Shown here: positions 26,666 through 38,684 of the stretch, piece by piece
Numbering within the stretch: the stretch's first letter is position 1
Layout: every line of letters begins with the position of its first letter
Assembly (NCBI GenBank): GCA_013265495.1
Contig: MU057947.1
Span: 1,449,070 to 1,513,069 of the forward strand
Source of the DNA: Vicugna vicugna
Lineage: Eukaryota
Reading direction: 5' to 3'
DNA: 64,000 nt
The notes under the pieces: generated by a model
What the model saw: only the letters and a program-made list of their open reading frames with translations
What the model was told of the DNA's origin: nothing
The model's database searches: none
Program-made: the position numbers and the translations under genes

Positions 26666-27137
26666 CCGGGCGACCTCGGGGCACTGCAGGCTTGGTCCAG
26701 ACCATCCCAGTAAAGAGAGGAACATGAAGTTTTCGGTCTCCTAGTGAGTATAAAAGTCATGTTTTTGCTATACTGAAGTCTGTTAAGTGTGCGAGGGCGT
26801 TATGGCTAAAAAATGATGTGCACACCTTCATTAAAGACACTTTATTTTTTAAATATTCTTTATTAAATATACTTTGTTGCTAAAAAAATGCTGTCACCTG
26901 AGCCTTCAGGTAATCATAGTAGTAACATCAGAGATCACCGACCACAGGTCTCCACTGCACATATAATAATAAGGAGAGAGTTTGAAACGTTGTGAGCTTT
27001 ACCTCAACGTGAGACAAAGACCCAGAGTGAGCCAGTGCTGCTACTCAGAGCAGGGTTGTCACAAACCTTCAATTTGTAAAAGGCACAGTATCCGTGAAGG
27101 GCTATAAAGCCACGTGGAATTAAACAAGGTCTACCTG
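26666..27137 (-). mobile_element. Tigger1-derived internally deleted DNA transposon (TcMar-Tigger)
   Basis: Both Tigger1 termini are present and joined: gacctcggggcactgcagg..ccagacca..gtataaaagtcatg..gtctgttaagtgtgc..tgctaaaaaaatgct..ctgagccttcag, then cagggttgtcacaaaccttcaatttgtaaaa..gtatccgtgaag..aaacaaggtctacctg. The TIRs are degenerate CAGGCATACCTC-type. Confidence 0.88.
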
Positions 27138-27198
27138 CCTCCATCTCAAATTCCTCCAAAATAAAAATTCCATCAAAAATAAAAGAACGAGCTGAATC

Positions 27199-27335
27199 TA
27201 GCCAATATTTTATAATAATTATAAATGGAGTATAACCTTTAAATCATTCTCTTGTACACCTGAAACTTACATAATACTTACCTAGTACATCAACTATAGT
27301 AAAAAGTAAAATGAACAAATAATATAAAATAAAAT
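27199..27335 (+). mobile_element. L1 3' tail (artiodactyl type)
   Basis: agccaatattttataataattataaatggagtataacctttaaa..ttgtacacctgaaactta..tacatcaactata followed by an A-rich tail. Confidence 0.85.
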
Positions 27336-30300
27336 TGTGTCTTCCCCTAAAAACTTAAATAGCAGACTGGGTGGATGAGTCCACCCAGAGCGGTTGTGGA
27401 CGGCGAGGCTGGTTTGCAGGGTGGCGGTGTTGTTGTCCTGTTTTTCCGGAGGGAGCACCTCCACATTTTCACACCAGGCACCCTGAGTCCAGTGACAGCT
27501 GCACCTTAGCCCCACGCCATGCATGCAGGTGCACACACACGCACACACTCGCCTTTCCGGCTCGGTTCTCCAGCTGCTGGCTGGTGGTGACGGCCTGGGG
27601 GCACAGCATCTATGACGTGAAGAAGCTGTGTCAGTCGGGTCCGTGACAGATGTCCTCAAGTTCCCCACGACCGCATATGTATACGTACCTCTTGCTAAAG
27701 TCGTCCAGGTCTGGGACCTCCAGGAAACGGCCTGGAGGTACCACTCTCACCTGAAGACCCGAGGGCAGGCTTACCTCGTGACAGTCTGTCAGGAGTACAG
27801 ATTACATCCGCTTAAAATCTCCCCGCGCCGATTTCTGCTAAGCCATCATTACTTCTGCAGAAACCACGGAGCAACTCTGCTCTGTTCAAACCTCGTTTCT
27901 ACTTATGAGTTTTCGAGCTGGGGAATATTACTTCTCACTTCTGCCACTGATTAAATAAGGAATTCTTTTCCTTAGCTTTTCAGAGTTTTCTTTTAAAGCT
28001 GCCTTCTACCTAAAGAATGGCTGTGTTTACATAAAGTGACGCTTCTGTAGGCTGGCTCTTAAACTGGACAGAAATCTGGTAGCTTTGAGAACCGAGTAAA
28101 TATTTGCCTATTCTGGTTTCTGGAGAAACATCATGGACTAAATGAAAACCTGTATCTCATGGATCCCAAAAACAGCCTCGAGCCCACCGAGCTCCCAGCC
28201 CTCCTCTTAATCTGCCTTCCCCACTGCCGTCAGACAACCTGGGCCCTTTCTGGAACAGTTAAGCCACGGAACGGGGCAGGAGTGGCTTCCTGGCCGAGAA
28301 GAGCTCAGGGCTGTGCCTCTTTCCTTCCTCCCTGCCGCTGTCGGTCAGAAGTCCGGGGTCTCCATCACAGACTCGTTTCAGATACTGGAAGACTGTTTTC
28401 TGCTCTAGGTGTCCGGACCGAGGGAGGGCGCCCTCCGGGGGTCGTGGGTGGAATCGCCGTCACCGCAGAGAAATGTGTGTGTTTTCTGCTTGCAGGCTGA
28501 GCTCTCGGGAGCGGGACAGTCATCTCCGTCAAATCAGGGAGGACGGGGGAGGGGAAGGAAGGCAGACGGGGTAAAGGGCCACAGGGCGTCGCCAAGACGG
28601 GCCGGGAAAGCCGCCCTGGGTGGGACCCTTCGGCTTTTTGGTCTAGATCCGGTCTGCGCAGATGCTGACAGCTTCCACCGGGGACGAGAGGACGGAATTC
28701 AAGATGGAACGTTGACGGGGTGATTTTCCTTGCTGGGACCAGGGCCTGCCGGGCCCTCCGCTCCCACACATGCCCGCCTTCCCTCCCTCAGCTCACGGCG
28801 AGCTCTCTGCTCCTCCGCACCCGTCATTCCCGGGGCTTCCGACGGGCCCCGGACCTCAGGCCTCTCTCTGCAGCTCCCGTGGCTGCCAGCCCAGGGCTCA
28901 GGACCCTCGGGCTGGGACCTTCAGGGCTGTGTGTCTGCCGCCATCAGCTCACAGTTCTCTGAGCTGCTGACCCACCAGCCCAGGATCTGTGTCCTGGATG
29001 CCACTACAGGGTCACAAGTCAGACTGGTGGGGGCGCTTGGGGCTCTTTCCCTTTGGCAAGAGCAGCGATGACCAGAGTCCCTACAAGGGCACAGAGGAGG
29101 GAGGAGGGGGCCACACTCTCCTGTCTGCAGTTCCCGAATCCAAAAAGCTAACACCCTCTTTTTGTTCGTCATGAGGGCCCCAGACGCATTTGGCAGGAAA
29201 GCTGACGGGAGCCGAGGCAGGGCCATTCATCATCTTCATTCATCTTCTCAGTGTGAATAGCCGTGCTTTCCTCTGCAGAAATAGTAACGCGTCTAGCTCG
29301 GAGCCACTGCCCAGACTCTGCCGGGGTGTCACGCGGCACTCAGAGACGCGACTTTCCTCTCTTCCCAGCCTCAGATGCGGGTCCTAACACGCTCAAGCGG
29401 GAACCCACCGCGGAGGCCGGGCACGTGACGAACATTCTTGTTAATGTAAGATGTGCATAAGTGATGGGAGACGTGGCTCGCTGTTTCTGGTAAGAGAATG
29501 GTTTTACAAAGTAAACCAAAGACAAAGATTGCACAGTATGCAGCATGGCAGGCCTGAAAATATGACCGCATTTTAGAGGGAGGAAAAAAAGGTCTTTGCA
29601 AGATTGAATTGTTCCTGGATGGGTTTTGAAAACCACCACAGGCCTCTCTCTTGGCTCGGGGATGCCGGTCATTTGCATAGCTCATCCCTCGAGGGCAGAG
29701 CACTGGGGCCTGGGTGACAGAGAGTCAACTGGAGATAGTGAATCGAGGCCTGCTGGAGCAGCAGCAGGAGCAGGAGCAGAGGAAGAGTGTCAAGGGAAGG
29801 TGACTGATACTGTGTTTTCAGAAGCTTAGCAACAAGAACCAATTTGCTAGGGAAAAAATATGGATTATGTGGAAGGAGCCAACCTACAGTCAGAGCCGGT
29901 CACCAGCCTTTCTGCGCAGGAAACACAGCCGACGTTTCCATAGATTCTCAAAGGAACTTGTTTGACTTCCAGCTTTCAATGTGACACAAGTTTTTCATCA
30001 CCTATTTATGGAAGAAGAAAAGAATCCGCAGCCCTGAACACACCAAAGGAGGATGAGAGGGTTCGAGAGAGCCCTCGCTGTTTGATGGAGTTTGACATGC
30101 GCTGTGGTGCCCTGCTTGGAGGTGGGAGGTGAGAGAACACGGCGAATTAAAAACTCCTGGAAGTGAAACTCATCACCTGTGTTTGATGAAAAGATGTATT
30201 TTTTTTTTCCAGAAAATTTCGCTCGCCGCCTGGAGAGGTCCAGCACCTCGGGCAGGCAGTGGACACCTGGCTGGACGGGCAACTCGGAGACGCAGCCCGT

Positions 30301-31214
30301 CCACCAAGAGGAGAGTGTGTTGTGGGAGCATCGCGGTTGAGCCCCCCAGGGGCCGGGCACTCAGAGCAGGGAGGGGGCCGTCACTGTCTCTCACGCTCTT
30401 GCCCTCCTTCTGTCTCCAGCCGGGACAGGCGGACTCTTAGCAACTTCGGGCTTGCCTGGGAGAAGACCACAAACTGCTCAACAAATGGATTCGACAAACG
30501 TTTGCTGAGCACATGGAGGGTAAGACTCCAGGACGCTGACCGTTCAAGGGATACTTTGACTGAAATAGTTCTGAAGATGTACTAAGGCGCCAAGCCCACC
30601 AGACCCCTTCGCTGTGGCTCTGTCCACAAAGGCCGCCAGCCCAGCCTCTTGCTCCGTTCGTTCGGCTGCCTCCTGGAGAACCTTTGAGCACCCAATACGG
30701 CACCTCCTCCGGGACGACAGTGGGTGCGGGATTCTGACCGTGGGCAGCGAGGGAAATTTTGGGGTGAAGCCAGCAGCAAGAGAACATCCCCAGGGATGTG
30801 GGTATGGGGTCCACTCAGCACTCGGTGAAGGATGCCTGCTGGAGCCCGATATGTGACAAGGAGGACCATTCGGAGACGGTGACGGAGCTGTGGTCTGGAG
30901 AGTCGCATGGTGGTACTTTGTTCATGTGGCAGTCGGGAGCCACAGGAGGCTCTGGAGCAGTGGAGTGGGCTGGACCCAGTCCTGCCCTAGCACTCAGCCT
31001 GCTTTCCTGGTACGAGGCCATGCCTGCCACGTGCCTGCGAGGGGCTCGGAGCTGGACCTCCCAGAACCAGGTCGGTCGTCAGAGCCAAGCGTGTGCGTCG
31101 GGCGCTTCTGTGGATGTCAGGGCCGCCTGCGCCCCTGCTGGCCCTGCACAGGGAGGTCCGCACCACTGAGTAAAGCGCCCCTCGACACTCCGGGGAGTAT
31201 GAAGGAGGAGCCCA

Positions 31215-31674
31215 GGCTGGACTCAAGTCGGAAGGTTGTGTCTGCGGGTTCAAGCAGGGCAAAGGGGGACCCCAGGCCGGGAGACAGCACCTCAGAGGGC
31301 TCTGAGGAGCCGCTCCGAAGAGGCAGGGGGTCTCAGTGTTATGTGTGATTTTGGTGAAGGGGGGTCCGTGCCATCAGGCGCACATTTTGGCAGAAGGTTG
31401 CTGCTAGTCACAAGGAGCAGGCGTCACCGTTAGTAACTAGTGTTTTTCTAAATAGGAGGAGACGCAAGAATTTGGGCCAATAAAATCTCCTGAAAATATT
31501 GACCTACGTGGAGGTTTGTTCTGCCAGTTTCCCAGCGCGTGCAGCGGTCTGTGATCAGTGATTCCTGATCTCCGCCCTGAGCCCCTCTTCAGGCGTGTTG
31601 AAAGTCAGCGGCTGCAGCGGCTCCTGGTCTAATCCTTGAAGAGGCAGATGGCAAGTGCCAAGTTTCACGCAGCA
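31215..31674 (-). mobile_element. ERV1-type solo LTR, copy 1 (same family as 33791-34297)
   Basis: Colinear with copy 2: ggagacagca..gctctgagga..gaggcagggg..tagtgtttttcta..taggaggaga..gcaaga..ataaaatct..ctcctgaaaa..gtcagcggctgcagcggc..gtgcca..agca. Left boundary is eroded. Confidence 0.8.
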
Positions 31675-32164
31675 CCAGGGTCTTCCTTAGCCCGGCCAGC
31701 CCAGGGTCTCGCTCACCGCTGCCCCCAGGACCAGGTGGAGCCTGCACAGCGTGCTCCTGAGACCTAGGTGAGGGCACGACAGGAGGGGATGCTTCAGGGC
31801 CCCCCCCGCCCCCGGCTGTATGTGGCTGCAGGTAGCCCTGTCTCTAACCTACCCCTGCTTGAGAGCCTCCACAAACCAATGGATTTTTATTTCCTTCAAA
31901 TAATAAATCCTGGGGTTCCACCACGGGACCAGTAGGGTTTCTTGTTCAGAGTTAAATGTGAACACCTGTGAACAAAGATGTTTCTTGGATTGACTGTTAG
32001 GTCCCTAAAATAATTTTCAGGGTGATGGTAGTCAGAAGTGAGGGTTCTCGAAGGATTTGCAAAGCCCAGGCAGCTCCGGTTCCCATCAAAAGGCACCCCG
32101 CCTAGGAGCCTCGGGGCACAGCGGCTTGCGGGAGGAGAAGGACCTCAGGGTACGACTTAAAGGC

Positions 32165-32332
32165 AGGTTCTCAGCTCCGGCTGCACTTCAAAACCGTCTA
32201 CCAGGCTTTAAAAATATCCCTGCTTGCCCTCCTGCGGGTCAATTAAATCAATCTCTAGGGTGAGGCCAGGGTGTCTGGTGCTTTAACAGGATCTTCAGCT
32301 AATTCTAATGCACAGCCAGGGCTCAGAGCCTC
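32165..32332. mobile_element. MER5-like hAT-Charlie MITE
   Basis: ggttctcagctccggctgcac..gctttaaaaata..caattaaatcaatctctagggtgaggcc..aattctaatgcacagccagggctcaga. Confidence 0.7.
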
Positions 32333-33214
32333 GGCCTCCGGAATAATCTTCCTCCCAGCGGAGCCCGGAGGAAGGGGAGCGGGGAGGCGGGTCTGAAGGG
32401 TCAGGTTCTCAGAGTGGTGGGTGGTGCGGGGGGCGCAGCTGGGAGGCTGGGCCTTCCTTCCCAGCGGGTAGCCTGGGACAGCAGGAGCCCTTCACAGAAG
32501 TCCCTGGACCAACAGGGCACAGCAGAGGCCGTGTGGAAACAGCTGAGGGCCGTCTCCAGGCCGAAGGACTGACTGCGGATTTCCGAGATCCCTGGTGGGA
32601 GGCCCTCAGCCTCCCCGCTTCTTGGCCCTGGCCCAGCAAAGGTGCTGGGAGCTGGCGGCCCCGGGCAGTGGGAGGAGAGGATGCCCCAAACCATGGTGGG
32701 GCAGGGTGCCACCTGCACTGGTGAGAGCACATGGACCAGGCTGGGGGAGGAGGCGCCGCTGAGACCTGCCCATTGTGCCTGGACAGCTGGAAACAGGAGA
32801 GGACCCTGACCCAGGGCGGGGAGCACGCTCTGAATGGGAGGGGAGTGGACACAAACCAGCCCTGCCCTGATGCTCAGGAGAAACACAGTCCTCCACCATG
32901 AGCCTGTGCCGGGAGGTACCCCTCCCCCACCGTGACCCTGTGCCTGGGAACACCCCCCTCCCCCACCTGTGCCTGGGAGCAGCCCTGAAGGCTGAGGAAT
33001 TCGCTCTAAAGAAAAAGAATCAACCTCAGACACATTCTTCAGTATTGGAAGAACCACAGTTCTCTGTGGTGATGATTCTGTTCTCGCTCCTTCCTGCCAT
33101 CAGCCACGGTGGGGCCCAGGGGCGAGCTGAGAACAGGTAAAAGGAGCCAAGAACGACCCGGTGCTGTCGGCTCGGCTTCCCTCACCCGACAGACGGGGTT
33201 TCTCAGAGAGCGTC

Positions 33215-34390
33215 TTTGTTTTTTTAATTGAAGTGTAGTCGATTCACAACGTTAGCCCTACCTTCTGACAGCACAGGGGCAGTCACACGCCTACACTCCT
33301 TTTCAGATTCTTTCTCATTATGGGTTATTACAAGGTATTGAATACAGTTCCCTGTGCTGCACAGGGGGACCTGTTCACCTATTTTATACATAACAGTTCG
33401 TATCCTCAAATCGCGGACTCCCGATTCATCCCTCCACACCACCCCCTGTGACCACGAGTTTGTCTTCTATGTCTGTGAGTCTGTTTCTGTTTTGTATTTA
33501 TGCTCATTTTTTTTTTTTTTAGATTCCACATATAGGTGACATCATATGGTATTTTTCTTTCTCTTCCTGGCTTACTTCACTTAGAATGATGATCTCCATG
33601 TCCATCCATGTTGCTGCAAATGGCATTATTTCATTCTTTTTTATAGCCAACTAGTATTTCATTGTATAAATGTACCACAACTTCTTTATCCAGTCATCCG
33701 TCGATGGACACTGAGGTAGCTTCCATGTCTTGGCGATTGTGAACAGTGCTGCTGTGAACGTTTGGGTGCACGTGTCTTTTCGAATTAGAGTGTTGACTGA
33801 AATAATATCACACAACATGAGAGTTGTGGATTCAGCTTTATTTGGTGAAAAACGAGGACTCTAGCCCAGGAGACAGCATCCCCGAGAGCTCTGAGGACCT
33901 GTTCCGAGGAGGCAGGGGAGAACTCGGCGCCATGCGTAATTTCAGCGAAGGGGGACGTTCGGTCAGGCACACACTTAGGCAGAGGCTCGCTGCTGCTCAC
34001 GAGGAGCAGTTGTCACTGTTGATGAATTTAGTGTTTTTCTAGATAGGAGGAGATGCAAGATTTTGGGCTCATAAAATCTTCTCCTGAAAACATCTCCCTA
34101 TCTGAAGGCCTGTTCAGCCAGTTCTCCCAGAGCACAGAGCGCCGCGTTCCTGACCTCCAGCCTGAGCTCCTTCCAGGGAGCGCTGGGGGTCAGCGGCTGC
34201 AGCGGCCCACAGTTTAATCCCAGCAGAGGTAGACGGCAGGTGCCAGCGTGCTCCAGTCCTCGTAGAGGCAGGGGCAGGCGCCAGCTTGGAGTTAGCAGGA
34301 GTCTCCTCCAGATGCATGCCCAAGAGCGGGGCTGCTGGGTCCAGGGTGGGTCTATTCCCAGGTTTTTAGGGACGCTCCATACTGTTTTCT
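33215..34390 (-). mobile_element. L1 3' end split in two (33215-33790 and 34302-34390) by an LTR insertion
   Basis: L1 text ...gtgtcttttcgaattagag stops at 33790 and resumes as tctcctccagatgcatgcccaagagcggg..ctccatactgttttc, as in the uninterrupted copies. Confidence 0.92.
33791..34297 (-). mobile_element. ERV1-type solo LTR, copy 2, full length (507 bp)
   Basis: TG...CA termini (tgttgactga...gttagca), 4-bp TSD agag/ggag, minus-strand AATAAA (tttatt at ~33837-33842) near its 3' end. Confidence 0.9.
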
Positions 34391-34559
34391 GAGGACCGCC
34401 GACCACCCGCAGCAGCTGAGTGAGCAGGCCAGGTGGAAACGCAGGTCCTCAGTCCCAGCCTAGGTCAGGATCCGAGTCTCTGGGACAGGGTGTGTAAACC
34501 CGCATTTTCACAGGTTTCCAGGTGGGAAATCCAGATGTACGCTCACGTGGGGACCATCC

Positions 34560-35150
34560 AACTTGACAGGGCAGCAGAGCCACCCGGGAGGCTCTGGCGA
34601 CCAGGCACCAGGCTGTGCCATGCCTGTGCAGGCGGAATGTGCGGGTGGGAGCAGGCGGCAGCACTTGCGGGCCTCCCCGGTGGCTCCGGGGTGCGGCTGG
34701 CGCTGGGACTCAGCTCTGCCTCAGCGCCTCGCAGATCGGGACACGGATTGCTGGCAGGTCCCGGTAAAACGCGGCCTCCAGTAAGCGGTCCGGGCGGGGC
34801 GGGGGCGGTGTCCCTCCGGTGCTGCTTCCGGGGTCGGCGGTCGCAGACCAGGCGCTGCCGCGGGGCCCCAGCTGCCGACCCGCACTTCCACAGCCAGCTG
34901 TTGAAAGGCGGCTCCCCGCCGGCGCGGACAGTGATGCTGCAGGTGGGGACAGTCTCTGTCAATAAGCCAGGGCGAGGGGCTGCCAACCCATGAGAAGCTG
35001 GCAGCGTGCAGGCTCCCGGGCTCGGGACACGCCCGCCGGAGGAGTCGGGGAGGAGGGCCAAGAGGAGGCGCCCACGGCCACCCTCGCGCGCAGATGGAGC
35101 ACGGCTAGGCGGGCGGGCCGGCCAAGCAGGAGCCCGGAACACCCGGCTTC
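34560..35150 (+). promoter_or_regulatory. CpG-island promoter candidate
   Basis: Dense CpG, overlapping GC boxes gggcggggcgggggcgg (34792-34808), ETS-type cttccgg (34825-34831) and a downstream donor-like CAG|gtgggg (34942/34943). Strand is inferred from motif order. Confidence 0.6.
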
Positions 35151-35199
35151 TATTTACTCACTTTTTCTTTAAATTTTTTTTTGAGCTGCATTATTGATT

Positions 35200-35361
35200 C
35201 TGAACATTTTTTAAATTATTTTATTCTGTTTGTTTGTTTTTTGGGGGGGTAGTCAGTTTTGTTTGTTTGTTTCTCTATTTTTAAATGAAGGCACTGGGGA
35301 TTGAACCCAGGACCTCCTGCATGCTAAGCATGTGCTCTACCCCTGAGCTGTACCCTCCCCC
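35200..35361 (-). mobile_element. Vic-1-type camelid tRNA-Ala-derived SINE with extended tail
   Basis: Reverse complement gggggagggtacagctcaggggtagagcacatgcttagcatgcaggaggtcctgggttcaatccccagtgccttca + A-rich tail. B box GGTTCAATCC is intact. Confidence 0.92.
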
Positions 35362-37947
35362 GGGGCCATCTCTTTTGTTGTGCTGCCAACTGTACAAACT
35401 TCATGGATGCTTGTTAGCTGCAGCCTTGTGTTCCCATCTTTCTCATGGGTTCGGCTGGAACCCGCTGGTCTGTGGCGGTGGCCTTGTGGGGACGTAGAGC
35501 AGTGTGAAGGGTGTGGCTTTACCTGTTGTCTCTGTGGAACCCCCTTCCCGTTGTAGCCCCCCGTGGCTTGGCTGGTCTCTTATCTGCCCCGAGACCCCAG
35601 GTCGGAAGGGTGCTCACCCCACCCCATGGCATCCAGCAAACCCGGGCAGGGCTCAGCCCAAAGCCGATGAGTTTAAGACAAACACTGTTCCAGCATGTGC
35701 GGAAGTCAAGGTAGTGTCTTGACTGTCTGCAAACACAGGCTCAGGGGAGCAGCCCCGCAAGGAGAAGACTCCCGGGGAGTCTCTTCCTGGAGATGCTCCG
35801 CGTTTGCAGAACGTTGGAACAGACCGTACTGGAAAGAATCATTGATTCCACCTCTTCTGGAAATATGCTTCATTTCAAGGTGACCCCCGCCCCCCACAAA
35901 ACGCCCATCTTCCTGCCCCATGGAATTAATTTGGTGGCGATCTCACCTGCAATGTCATGGTTCTATCAGGTGAAGCTAAGTTAGGTCGCAGTTTGGGTCG
36001 ACAAGCTGTGCCTTGGTCCCTCCACACTTTCTATGAGCCGGATGGGCGCCTGCGGGTCTGCTCACACTCGCCGTGGTGGACGACTTCCATTCAGATCTGT
36101 CACCCCCGTCCTCCCGGGCCCTGATCTCTGAGTGCTGGCAGAGCCATTCGGAGGGGAATCCCGCAGCCACGCGGGATGTGTCTATTTCACAACCAGCGCA
36201 TGAGTGTCTTCTAGGATGTAAGGTTCCTGCCCGTGCGATGCACAGAAAGGGCCTGTCCCCTATCGGGGGTGGGGTGTTGTGATCTCAGGCTGCTGCCCAG
36301 ATGGGCACACAGCTTCCCTCCATGGGGATGTGCAGTAAAGCTGGCAGACGCATGGGCGGCCCCGTCTGAGGACCGTGATCTTTCCTCCTCCCTTCTGCCT
36401 CCTCAGTCTCCGTACCTGCTGTCTTTCAGGGAGAGGCACACAAAAGTGGCCTGAGGGACTCCCTTGGTGCAGAGTGCATAACTGCCGATGGCATGGGAGC
36501 CACACACCTCCTCTGGAACCTCTCTGGTTTCTGGCATCAGCGAGAACTCGGGGAGTGGTGTGTCGTTATGGCCGTGGCTCCCTGCAAGCCTGGGGAGGCC
36601 TTCCAAGCACTGAGACGGCCTCCTGGGTGCTTCCTGGGGAAATTCTCGCAGGGACTGTCACTGTCCTCGGAGCGGATGCCAAGAGAGCTTTGCCAGGGGA
36701 CCCGAGGGGCTGCAGCTGAGCTGGGAGCTCCGGGGGGATGCTGTCCTGAGAACCCTGCTGGCCAGCTGCAGGACCGTGGTGGGAACTCTGTGCCCTCTCT
36801 CAGCCGAGACAGCTCTCTGGGTCTCTTCTCAGCGTTTCCCTAAGTCACCACGAGCTTTGCCTGAAAGGGGGAGACATCAAAGACTTTTAAAAGGGGGCAC
36901 TTTTAGTACTTTGCCATTTCTCCAGCCTGGCACAAAGGATGAAGACTTACCACCACGTGATGGCGTCTGGGGGACAGAGTTTGCAACTGCGGGAGGCGGG
37001 CTGGGGTGGACTCATCACTTCCCATCGCGGAACCACAAACGTGTGACACCTGTGACACTTAAGGCTTTTCACCGACTGAAGACGACCTTGAGCAGAGTCC
37101 CTGGCCCAGAGGGAGGTGTCGGTCAGTGGCCCACGACACGGACGCGCACCTCACCCCCGTCACCCCATTTCCATGACCTCTCTCTCCAGTTACGTCTTTT
37201 GGGGATCTGTCCCTGATGAGGATTTCTGTCCCTCTCCCTGGCCCCACCTGACTCAGAGCAGACAGCAGGGGCCACTTTTTGTAGCTGTTTTCTAATGGGA
37301 TTTTTAAGTCCCATGAGCCCAAGCAGGCCCGTCTGTAACAGAATTTGGGGATTTGTGGACACAAGAGTCAGCTCATGACGCATGACGTCCCGAGGTACCA
37401 CCAGTCGGAAAGCATGAAGCTTGCCGAGTTTCATTTTACAGTTCAAACGGCTGTTTTCCTGACGTTTACGTCAATGGCGTTCTGTTATAAACCGGCCTCA
37501 GCTCACAGCTGGTTAAGGACAGCCCTTCTCTAATCCTTCAGGCACCTATGTGGGGAGGATGCTTGTGTATCGAAGGAACTTTTCTTTTTAAACAGGTAAA
37601 ATTAATTTTGCCTGTATGTTGTTTTTCAACGTATTTTAGATACGTTGGACACAGGTGAAAATTCCTCTGTTAGACTTACAACACGCTCCATCCGCGTCGA
37701 GACCAACATGTGCATTTACGGGGTTCAAGTACCTTGAAACCTGGGTGAACCTCAGGAAACCGAGAGAATTTTAAGTAGAGCAAAATCTGTTTTCGGCCAC
37801 TCTGATTAAAAAAAGATCTTTGAAACAGGGATCAGCTGAGATACAGAACGCAGAACGACACTTTCCTTCCACAAGAGCAGTGAGATTAACGCCTCGCTCG
37901 CTATTAGCAAGAGAAAATACGTTTTGTCTTTTTATTGTCCTACAGTC

Positions 37948-38115
37948 ATTTCGTTTTTAATTGAAGTGTAGCTGGTTTACAGTCTCGTGTTAGTTCCGGG
38001 TGTACAGCACGGTGATTCGTTACACGTGCATACGTCTGTTCTTCCTCAGAGTCCTTTCCATTGTAACTTATCACCAGATACTGACTGCCGCTCCCTGTGC
38101 TGCACGGTAGGTCCT
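37948..38115 (-). mobile_element. L1 3' tail fragment (CpG-enriched)
   Basis: tttttaattgaagtgtagctggtttacagt..gtgtacagcacggtgattc..ccctgtgctgcacggtaggtcct. Confidence 0.88.
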
Positions 38116-38684
38116 TAGCCGTCCAGGGATTTAGGCTCACGGACAATGGTCTTCTCGCTGGAGGGCCCCCAGAGCGCCATCATGGGTACAGAGAGCCCCT
38201 CCGTCAGTCACAGGAGGATGTGGACACGCCGGAGGCAGGGCTGACTCACCGTCCGGTAAACGAAGCTACAGTGTAAGAGGTAACTGTCTCCTCACGCAGA
38301 GACTGAGGGCCGTCGTGGGAGGGACGTCGTGAATCGCTGAGAAAGCTGCAGACATGCAGACCCCTAGGAGTCTGTGGAGAGAGCAGGGAGCACTGAGCAG
38401 AGTCTACAGAGGCCTCTTTTCTGGGCCGAGAGGTGGAGGCAGAGCGTACAGCCTCCTGTGCTGGGCCTTTGAGGCCCAACTTCGAGTCGCGCCTGAGTAC
38501 TTCCTGGCTGAGAACATGGCCCTGCAGCTGAACCTTCTCCCAACAGGTGCTTTCTTTAATCCTGCGATGCAGGAGACGGAGCCTGGCCCTGGGTGGACCC
38601 TGAGCTCATGCAGGACTCGGGCCTCAGACACTCTCTCCGCCTCCTCTTTCTTCAGGGCAGCGGGGGGGGGTTTGAAGAGGAAGG

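Noticed and set aside
31215..34297. Two LTRs as the ends of one provirus
   Set aside because: Copy 2 has its own TSD inside an L1, the copies are clearly diverged, and the interval holds a MER5, an L1 and unique DNA with no PBS/gag/pol/env traces.
35290..35361. tRNA-Ala(AGC) gene (also 17160-17233)
   Set aside because: The tRNA-like head is mutated and followed by an A-rich tail (with a TSD at 17.1 kb), so these are SINE copies.
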